Source: Eledone cirrhosa (taxonomy: Eukaryota). Taken from it: a stretch of 64,000 bases of DNA. The DNA is taken from positions 402,070,001 to 402,134,000 of the forward strand of contig OZ024740.1 in the NCBI GenBank assembly GCA_964016885.1, in the 5' to 3' direction. Positions within the stretch are counted from its first letter, which is position 1. Every line of letters starts with the position of its first letter. The notes below the pieces were generated by a model. It was given only the letters and a program-made list of their open reading frames with translations, was not told the DNA's origin and searched no databases. Shown piece by piece: positions 54,172 through 64,000 of this stretch. The translations under genes were made by a program, and so were the position numbers.

Positions 54172-54434
54172 CACCTTGACCTTGACCGACCAGTCTCTCG
54201 GGCGCCAATCAGCGCCGCTGGTCACAGCACGTCGTGCTGTTTTAGCCGTAAGATAACGCCATCCCACTGGCTGGGTGGACAGGCCGGTACTCATTTCTAC
54301 AGCTGAGTAAATCTGGAGCAACGTGAAATAAAGTGTCTTGCTCAAGGAAACAACACATCACCCAGTCCGAGAATTGAACTCACAACCTTTCGATTGCAAG
54401 CCCAATGCTTTAACCACTAAGCCATGCGCCTTCA
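54170..54434 (-). mobile_element. tRNA-derived SINE, family B, full length
   Basis: The minus strand begins GGCGCATGGCTTAGTGGTTAAAGC..GAGTTCAATTCTC, followed by the family core. Confidence 0.88.
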
Positions 54435-54622
54435 CAGGTGTCGGAAAAGTTACCACATATATATATATGGAGGAAGTTCTAGTTCACTTGAAGCATTGTG
54501 TAATGAGGTATAAACGTTTGTATTTGTAAAGCCAAAACAATGCAGGTATGGACATAGAATATAAATGCAAATGCAAAATATATTGTTGACAATTAGTCTT
54601 TTACCTTAAATTAATTTAAATG

Positions 54623-54659
54623 TCCTTAATTTTCGAGATAATATTTCTTCTTCGGAGGG
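54623..54659 (-). ncRNA. Degenerate minimal hammerhead
   Basis: The minus strand reads ccct-CCGAAGA-agaaatattatctc-GAAA-AT-TA^agga, with one core mismatch. Confidence 0.45.
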
Positions 54660-54972
54660 AAGTTAAGCGGTTAAACCAGTGTTCTAAATAGCTTGCCAAG
54701 TCATTCTGATAGGAAATGGTATAGAGTATCTGTTCTATCTCTAATGTCAAAAGTTAAGGTTAGGTGGATAGAGAGTAATCTCCCTTTAAAAGGGGTCTTG
54801 TACATGTATGTTTAAGTGTGTGGGAGAATACGTGAAGGTGTAAGTATGTGTGCGTCTGTGTGTGTGAGTGTGAGAAGATATGTCTATACGTAGATGTGGA
54901 GGATAGATGCTCTCTTGTGTTAGAACTGGTCTTTGTGTGTGTATGCGTGTGTGTGAGAGAGAATAAGTGGAA

Positions 54973-55123
54973 GGCTCGATAAGGATAAATATATATCAGA
55001 TATATGAGAAAGGTAGAGCAAATATTTATTAAAATAACAGATTAAAGTTTAAGCAAAGAATCGCTGCTTTCACCCTTAAAGCAGCGATTCTTTGCTTAAA
55101 CTTTAGTCTGTTATTTTAATAAA

Positions 55124-55124
<1 letters not shown>
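54973..55124 (-). mobile_element. Fold-back half-hammerhead element, 'GAAAGCAGCGATTCTTTGCTT' family (centre collapsed)
   Basis: AAGCAAAGAATCGCTGCTTT-caccctt-AAAGCAGCGATTCTTTGCTT. Confidence 0.85.
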
Positions 55125-55182
<58 letters not shown>

Positions 55183-55299
55183 ATGTGTGTTTGTATATGT
55201 GTGTGTGTAGGAAGAGGGAGAGAATTTTTAATGTGTTACATTATCAATAACAGGTTGATATTTCGTTTAAACTTTCATTATTTATTAAAATTTCATTGT

Positions 55300-57648
55300 G
55301 TCGTCTTCCTTACATTCTTTAGAATATACTTTCGAAATAAATTCTATTGTACATAATCTCGCATTTCTTTTATCAGACGAATACCTCATTGATGATAAAA
55401 TTATCTAGTATATTTGATTTAGTGTTGGAATGTTCGCGAAACTTTGACTTACACCTGTTTAATGTTTAAACAAGTAAATTATTGATATCTTCGACACAAG
55501 CTTAACAATTTTAATTCTTTTCTCTTCTGTTCGGTTTTCTACATTGTTTTCTTTTGTTGTTTTTGTTCTATTGGAGAAGTTGGTTTTGAAACAGCACATT
55601 TAAATTTGATTTAAAATCTTTAGCAATGTTTGTCGTAATGCGATTCGTTCAACGATTCCATTCTTCATTAATAATTGGTTCTATTATATATATTTACGTT
55701 GAAAACATTAAGGACAATGTCTTCTATACAAACACAATTTTTTTCTAAGTTGATAACAATATATCAGTCCCTACTATATCTTAGTTTACTGTAACGTAAC
55801 AATCACAAATGCATTTAACTTTGATAGAGTAACAAATACAAATACATATAAATTTACTGGAATGTAGCAAATGCAAATACTTTTAAATTTAATACAATGT
55901 AAGAAACAAACTATATTTGCATATACTACAATGTCACAAGGTCAAATGTATTTAAGTTGACAAATGATCTTCTTAACATGCCCGGGCTCATAATGTTTCT
56001 TTCTACCACAAAGAAAAGGCAAGTTTAAAAACAATGAATGAATGAATTTAATGGTCACAACTGTTTCATAAATACTTTTAACTGATGCTGTTCATATATA
56101 TTTAAATTTCATTTTCGCTACACATGCTAGACCTTACTCTGCAACTATAACATTACCAAAACGGTATCGCAAAGACTGGAATTCACATATTGAAGCCAGG
56201 AAATTATTTATTTTGCGCCAGCTAACCCTATAGTGTTTGCAATTATGAGACTGTACTACAGTTAAACACCTAAACATCCTAAACAGCAGAAACATCCGAG
56301 CGAATGGTACAATCTTTTTGTTACTGCAGATGACGTCGGCATTGCAACACCCCTCTCTTATCTTATAATAAAAGAAATTGGTATAGTTAGTTAATTATCT
56401 CCGGTTGATAATTACTTCCAGTAACAGAAACACTTATACGCAACAAATGAAAAACGGACTTAAATCAGTGCTGCTTCTCATGCTCGTATACAATACAAGG
56501 AAATATAGACGTTGTAATTAGTGTTGCGGTCACAGCTGCTGATATTTAAGATATCAATGTATTTTATTTCATTCCAATTAAACTTTTTATTATTGCATTT
56601 GAAGTTGTCAGTAACTTTACCTTTTGCTAATCTTATAGTTTTAAGTGAATATAATAATATAACAGATAGGAGCCCATATAACATATTCGATGAATGTCAG
56701 AAAATTGTTTTAAAAGTTTTATAGTTGTTAATGGTAGCACGGTGTGTACATAGTGATGGGATTCATGAAATTTCAGGTGGGTTTGTGTTAATGAACATTG
56801 TAACTGGAAGTTTCATTATTTTTATGGTCATCAGTTGTGTGATTAATTATTGCAACGGAAATGTTTTTATAATAATTCATGAGAATGGTTTTCTCATATA
56901 AGCGCAACTGAATCCTCAGTGTAAAAGAATCAAATGCTGCTTTTTTATTATTTCTATACAACCCTGTCGATTTTACATTTGTCGTTTATCCATACAAGGA
57001 AAACTTTTAATTAGCCCCACCCCACCTCCGCAAAAAAATCAGAAACCATTTTTTAAATTCCACCGATTAAGCCAGCTCAGAATTTCTACCCACAACACGC
57101 GACATTTTAACCTTCAATCAAACCACTCAATATATGTAAATACTTGCAAGACGTACCCAAGCATGAGTTGGTGGCTGATTAAATCTAAAACTCAAGTAGG
57201 TCTCGACACAATTTGTTCTCAGAACGCAAATAATAAGAAAGTCAGCCGAAAGGCATCCTATGTGAAGCTCAGAAATGTTCAATACAGACCATAAGGAGTC
57301 GGAAGTTATACCAGTGGGCAGTGTAACCAATGTTCTAGCCATTAAATCAATTCGCCGATAATATGTTGGTCTAACATACTCAAAGTACAAAGTAGTGAGA
57401 CAAGAAATTTCAGTTATGACTTCGTTCAAAGACAGTTTCAATATTTGCATGATTAAATGCATGTTCCGTAAACGCAGGTTGCGTCTAGCATCGTGTGAAA
57501 GGAAGGCATTTATCATACTGCAACTACTGATATTGTGTTTATTGTTGTAACTGAGTTGGGGTGTGTTCGGAATGGAAGCGCCATCAAATGCAAGAGGTGA
57601 TGAAGGAATAGATAACAGGTCATACGACAAATAAGATATAACAATCAC
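55300..57648 (-). pseudogene. Possible decayed intronless LRR (Toll-like-receptor-like) gene
   Basis: A 2.3-kb stretch with no recognisable repeats. LRR-like peptides: QILKLSLNEVITEI, RRIDLMARTLVTLP, SVLNISELHIGCLS, AAFDSFTLRIQLRLYEKTI, IMKLPVTMF. A PF..CFCCL segment resembles an LRR-CT. Many stops. Confidence 0.38.
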
Positions 57649-57707
57649 ATGTCATTTAACACACCCACGCCCACATACATTCACAGATACACATATATAT
57701 ACATACA

Positions 57708-57761
<54 letters not shown>

Positions 57762-57780
57762 TATACACATACACACACAT

Positions 57781-57811
<31 letters not shown>

Positions 57812-57815
57812 ATAC

Positions 57816-58735
57816 ATTCAAAGGTATATATATATAATTAGACATAGTCACAGATACATATATGAGTTTGGCTACCTTTCACGGTGTGTCTCAATGAAGA
57901 ATTAATTAAGCAAATAATCATTAATCAGAGCTATATATAAAATTGCAAGTTTGAAGATCTATTAGATAAAATATATACTGAGAGGAAATACTGTATATAT
58001 TATATCTAATAGTTCTTCAAACTTGCAATTTTATATATAGCTCTGATTAATGATTATTTGCTTGATTAATTCTTCATTCAGCCACACCGTGAAAGGTAGC
58101 CAAACTCATATATGTATCTGTGACTATGTCTAATTATATATATACCCCTTTGAATTTAATGTATACTCCCGTAAGGTTGAGTAAAACTTTAGGCAGTATC
58201 CGGCTGCGCTTTCTAGCAACCAGCCTACTCGCCGACAGGCATCAATTACAATTCTTCTGCCTTGACCGCTGTCCACGTGATGGTTCTTAGCCACTTTGAA
58301 ATCATTTCTGGCGGGGATCATGGTAGAAAACTTAGTCCAGACTGGGGTGTCACCTGATGAGTTCCAAGCCTCATGGATAAATCCAAGATCGGGTATATCC
58401 AAAACATGAAACAAAACCAACGGTGGTCTGGACTAGAGAAATTTTGGTAAAGTTTATGTGCATTTTTTCTTCAAACTTCTAATTTGTACCTAACTCCGTG
58501 TAGTTAATTATTTGTCTAGTCGATTTCTACAGGCTAAAAAAATAACTGGATAAATTTGATATGGTAATACATCGCAGATGATAGTCTGTATCATTTGTCT
58601 ATTATTTCTCCATAGTTACATTTTAAACTTATAGCCTCGTTTAAATGATTTTTCATGTGGTTGATTTATAGGGACAAGGAGAGGAAATACTGTATATATT
58701 TTATCAAATAGTTCTTCAAACTTGCAATTTTATAT
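57816..58735 (+). mobile_element. Non-coding hammerhead element, 699-bp period, with inverted 5' piece
   Basis: AGAGGAAATACTGTATATA at 57981 and 58680. Segment 57816-57978 is inverted against about 57994-58155. A degenerate HHR starts with CTGATGA at about 58354. Homologous to 28810-29690. Confidence 0.8.
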
Positions 58736-58784
58736 ATATATATATGCATATATGCATATATATATATATATATATATATATGGG

Positions 58785-59280
58785 GCCCTCATACAAATAA
58801 CCACAAGGACATATGTATTTGATGGGCTTATATACCAATTCGGTCTTAGTATTATTTTGAAATTGACGTATTAATTTGCATATAATTAGCGCTCATGCTG
58901 GTAATTAATTCCGCTATATATTAAAAAGTCCACTAACAGCCAAAGTGTACGATAAATCTATATCTATATACATTCAGAGTAGGTAATAAACTGAACAAAT
59001 GTGTACACAAATTTAATATGTATGTGTATATAACCCCATCAAAGACGTTTTCTTGTGGTTATTTAGATGATAAACGTGCCTTCTGATGAGGAGGATCCAA
59101 TCGATTAAAAGTATTTATCATTTTTTATGAATTCACAGGTAAATTCGTATTCTTTAGCATGTTTACTTGCGAAAATATTATAAATCTGGAAATCTCTATA
59201 CACATTGGTGCAGTTTCTGCTAACCACACTGGATGCATACTGATATAACTTTATCAAACGCTTCGGCTGCTAGCGGCAGA
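58785..59280. mobile_element. Inverted/rearranged member of the 330-bp ATGCAAAT hammerhead family
   Basis: 58790-58835 is inverted against 59025-59070. Reverse TAATTATATGCAAATT at about 58872-58888 and CTGATGA at 59083. The tail matches 62880-63030. Confidence 0.65.
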
Positions 59281-59340
59281 TCTTGATATATATATATATA
59301 AAAATATATACATATATATATTATATACATATATATATAC

Positions 59341-59426
<86 letters not shown>

Positions 59427-59454
59427 CATATATATATACATATAAATATATATA

Positions 59455-59517
<63 letters not shown>

Positions 59518-59557
59518 ATATAAAATAAATGGAAACTACATTTATAAAACCATATTT

Positions 59558-59620
59558 ATTTTATTATATATATTTCAAGGGCAACCAAGACAACATTGGT
59601 ACGCTTTCATCAGATAAAAT
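59558..59620 (-). ncRNA. Minimal type-I hammerhead ribozyme in a TA-flanked element (about 59512-59783)
   Basis: The minus strand reads ttttat-CTGATGA-aagcgtACCAA...TTGGTtgccctt-GAAA-tatata-TA^ataaaa. Confidence 0.8.
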
Positions 59621-59780
59621 ACAAAGTTTGTTTTATAAATAGAGACGTACCCATGAAAATCATATCTTATCGGTTGGAAATTCACTGGATAGTGGAAATA
59701 TATTAGGGATTATTAAGCTGTTGAGTGCTCTAAATCAGTTATAAGCATTTTTATTTGTCGGACTTTCAACAAATTAAATA

Positions 59781-59896
<116 letters not shown>

Positions 59897-60390
59897 GAGA
59901 GAGAAAGAGAGAGCGTGTGTGTATAGTTTCTGAGATATTAAAACAGGTAATTGTATCTGGAGCGGCTTGTGATAATAAATTTGCATGGTGAAAGCTGATT
60001 TTTTCTAAACCACAACAGCATATATTATATACTACACTATTTGTTCTTTCCTTCTATGTTTCGATCGACTCTTCGAAGTTTTCTCTCTCTCCCCTATCTT
60101 CCTCTCGATTTTCTCTAATCTCTTTCTGTCTCTCACTAAACGTTATTTTTCTGGCTTTCGTATTTTTATCTTTCTCTGAACCTAACACTTTGCCTTGGAC
60201 TCAAGCTACTTATATTTTACAACCATTCCTTCTTTCATCTGCTTTTTCTCTCGTTCTTCTTTTGCTGTATACATTTGTGAGTCTTATATATTTCTGTATT
60301 TTACTTCCTCATTGTTTCCATACCCCATTATTTGTTAATAAAACCTTCATGAACTCTCTCTAGACAGCCTCCTCGATACTCTCACACACG

Positions 60391-60437
<47 letters not shown>

Positions 60438-61974
60438 TTACATACATATATAAATACGTGTATAATTGGTATACACATATATACGTGTTTCTCACTCTTT
60501 GTCTCTCTCTTTCTTTCTCCAAATATATATATATATATATATATATACCTATCTTACACACTCACACGCAGAGCAATAAACCAATGCAAAATTACCGAAA
60601 CTAGAAAAAAATATAGTAGAAGCAGAAGGATTCGTTAAGTATTTGTATCTAGATGAAATCTTTGGTGTTTTACTTCTTCGCATATATTGTTCTTCCATCA
60701 AGTCTGCCGAAGTATCAATGTTGTTACGTTTTCCTTTCTTCATATGCAATGTAGCCAGAGTTGATTTTACGTGACAGTCAGTAAGAATTGAAACTGCCTC
60801 GGTTGGTGATAAACGAGAGATTTACAGTTTTGGCTGGTAATAAAAAAGGTAGTATATACTAAACCCCCTTTTTTTTTCTTTATTGCGCCTAAAATACACA
60901 TAGTTACTCTTATACATGCATGTACGCTGATGTATACGTATGTACATACATAAATATATAAAGATAGAGGTTTATACACAATCACGCGCACACATGCACA
61001 TACACACACACACACACACACAAACACACACGCACACACACACTCACACACACACACACACACAGGCACACACACACATGTAATTGTGTGCAAGAGATTG
61101 TGTACGTGTGTGGATGCAGGTCATTTACATGGCAAGTTTTCTTTTGCGCACTTTAGTGTCAACAGAAGAAGATTTATAAGCACACACTGAGGATTGCTTT
61201 ACTTACTATATTAGATATTTGTGTATGCTACTCTACATTATTTTTAATATATAGTCTTTATTTTTACTAACCCTATTTTTTCCATTTCACAAATAATCAG
61301 AGAATTTCGCTCCTAGATACTCTTTTGAATGACAAGTCTTACTTTATTTTGCCATTGTTTTCCGTTTTATAGACACCGTATTTAGCTAACATGCTGTTGT
61401 TCTTTTACTCTATATCTCACTCATCTGTCACTTTTATGATATATATATGCGTGTGTGCGTGAGTAAGTATATGTGGGTGTATGAGTGAGTATGTGTGTTG
61501 GTCATGTAACTCACTATAAGCTTTGCATCATTTAGTTTTTTTTCTCTTCCCCGTCATTGAAATGAGACTGTAAACTTTCTACTTATCATTTTTACATACC
61601 TGTTTAGAGAAGTATGTAAAAAAAAATACAGTAGTAAGTTCTCAACTTACGAGTATCAATAGCATCGTTTTTTAACTTCATTTCCATCCTCATCTTGATC
61701 TGAGACTGCAATCGACGAATATGATATATGATCTTAACGTATTAGAAATTAGTATGCTGAAAGCTTTCCTAAGATATTTTACCTTAGCCATACTGTTGAT
61801 AATCATAAGCATTCTGTATATTCTCTCTATTTCTGTGTATATTAATCAGACTTAATCTTGCAAACTGAGTAGTAAGTATACTTTTCATAGAGGAAGTTTT
61901 ATGCTGGTTTCCAATTTAAGCGCAGAGCCAGAAAATTTGTCGTTTCTGGTGGAGTCTATAGTATTGAGAGTAAT

Positions 61975-62168
61975 ATTTTATTAACCGTGGAAGGTTGACA
62001 TGTTGGATTTGAACTCAGAATGCAAACTGCCGAAACAAATGAAGTAAAGCATTTTGACTGGCGCTTTAGCCATTTTAAAAAATGCTTTAGCCATTTTCAA
62101 AGATGCTTTAGCCATTTTCAAAGATGCTTTAGCCATTTTGAAAGATATTTTAGCCATTTTGCCAATCA
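61975..62168 (-). mobile_element. Diverged family-A SINE with a 21-bp tandem expansion
   Basis: GGATTTGAACTCAG reverse B-box. GCTTTAGCCATTTT(CAAAGAT) occurs about 5 times at 62063-62160. Confidence 0.65.
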
Positions 62169-62740
62169 GTTCTAAATAAAGTTAAATAGGATTGTTGCTT
62201 TCAACAAATGGCTACCAAAATCAAATCGATTTCAATCACCAGTGATGATACATTACAAAATGCTGATCAACAGATCTTATTAAATTTGTTTTTTTTTTAT
62301 TTGAAACCCCGATAGAAGGCGTCCTCATGCGGCTGCCTAGAGATTAAAATAGTCGTAATGATGTTTTTTGTTTATTATATATACATTTTAAACACCTTTA
62401 TTAATGTATATATATACATAAATTATGGCCACGAATTTCACCTCAAACAGGGAATTATTTTCAAACTAATAAATGACTCCTCGTGTAACTCAGAGAATTT
62501 AATATACATATTTATAACACATTAATTTCTAACATAATATTGCTATGAACACTATATGTTCAAGAAGTCCTGACATTCCGATGAACCATGAGAGTTGACT
62601 GTCAACAAATTAGGGATCAATATAACAGAAAGAAACACCCCAGCTAACATATAGAGAATTACGGAGGACGATATGTGCCAAAAATCGATGTTTTCTCATA
62701 CTGTCAATGCTAATTTGTATATACGAGTACCAACAGGAAC

Positions 62741-63385
62741 ATTAATTATATGCAAATTAGTACGTCCTAAGAGCGATTTGGTACATAAAGCCATCAAATA
62801 TATCTTTCCTAAATTAAATGATATACACGTCTGCTGAAAAAGGTTCCTTAAGATCTGAAAATCGATTAGAGGTATTTATCAATTTTACAATTTACAGGGT
62901 AATTAGTATTTTCTGGCATGTTTAAATGCCTACATATTAGATAAATATGAATATTTATACACGTTGTTGCAGTCTCGGTTAAGCACTCTGTATTTATACA
63001 CATATAACTTTATCATTCACTTCGGGTGCTAGGGCACTTCTCAATAATCTGTTAATTACGAGCACGGGCAGTAATTATATGCAAATTCGTACGATCATTT
63101 CAGAATAATACGACGAGCGTATTTGTATATATACCCAGCAAATACATGATTCCTTATGGTCAATCGGATGACATACACGTCTTCTGATGAGGGTCCAGTT
63201 AGAAAAAACATTCGATCGTTTTTTTTCACTTTACAGAGTCTTTACATTCCTATGTTCTGGCATGTTTTCATACCTACATATTAGATATGTGTATATATTT
63301 ATACGCATTGTGGCAGCCTAGGTTACACACTATATTTATACAGATAAAACTTTATCATTCACTTCAGCTGCTAACATACTTCTCA
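62741..63385 (+). mobile_element. Diverged tandem dimer of a 330-bp non-coding unit with decayed hammerhead
   Basis: TAATTATATGCAAATT at 62743 and 63072. CACGTC..CTGA at about 62833 and 63184. Shared TTCTGGCATGTTT..CCTACATATTAGATA..AACTTTATCATTCACTTC. Confidence 0.7.
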
Positions 63386-63491
63386 ATGCACACAAACGCA
63401 TACACATACGCACATATTTATATATATAAATAAATATGTATGTATGAATTTATCTACTGCCATATATGTGTGAGGGATGGGGTGTACAAAC

Positions 63492-63528
<37 letters not shown>

Positions 63529-63892
63529 TATATACAGACTTATGCTTGTACGTATTTATATATATAATCACACACATATATATAGGCATAGTACCCAGCA
63601 CACATGTCTACTTATACGTACATTGAGATTCTTGTGGGAGTAAGTTAAGAAATACGTGAAGAATTCTTTGCATTATATCCCTAAGTAACGTTAACATTAC
63701 ATTATCACTATCGTTTGTTAAAGTGAGCGTGCATAAAGATACACAAATATATACTTCTGCGCGCACATGCATGCACTCAGGCACGCGCATATGTATATAT
63801 ATATATCTGTGTGTGTGTGTGTGTGTGAGAGAGAGAATGTGTGTGAGTGTCTCTGTGTGTGTATATATATATATGGATATTGTAAATGTCGC

Positions 63893-63980
63893 GACTCAAC
63901 GGCCGAGCTCTTCCCGTTTCACAGCTAGTTCCAGACTGGAAGTAGCTGTCGAGACGACAAGAGATCAGCTGTTGGGTTCC
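63893..63980. mobile_element. Old fold-back half-hammerhead related to the 41192 family
   Basis: Hairpin ACAGCTAGTTCC-agact-GGAAGTAGCTGT. The inverse of the left arm is GAAA-CGG-gaagagctcgg-CCG-TT. Confidence 0.55.
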
Positions 63981-64000
63981 GTCTCTTTATCACATAACAA

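Noticed and set aside
62063-62160. Short regularly spaced repeats (also 459-510) as a CRISPR-like array
   Set aside because: No unique spacers, no cas genes and a eukaryotic context; these are simple tandem expansions.

Overview
This is AT-rich, microsatellite-dense animal DNA, intronic or intergenic. The SINE and LINE repertoire suggests an octopus/cephalopod genome (inference). No intact host gene is supportable. The window opens with three Tx1/L1-clade LINE 3' ends stacked head-to-tail in a (TCTA)n tract; the last is a near full-length but frameshifted copy (701-6494). It also holds decayed R4/Dong and RTE LINE fragments, tRNA-derived SINEs, a non-autonomous Helitron, three Penelope-like (GIY-YIG) fragments and a possible decayed LRR/Toll-like pseudogene (55300-57648). 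The most striking signal is a dense population of short non-coding elements, mostly next to (TA)n, that carry minimal type-I hammerhead ribozymes: about 11 with intact cores and about 10 degenerate. Some are partial tandems of 320-700 nt monomers, resembling retrozymes or Penelope satellites. Many others are fold-back palindromes centred on hammerhead stem II, in which the CUGANGA half is replaced by an inverted copy of the GAAA-stem III-UH half. All calls were made by eye; boundaries of decayed elements are approximate.
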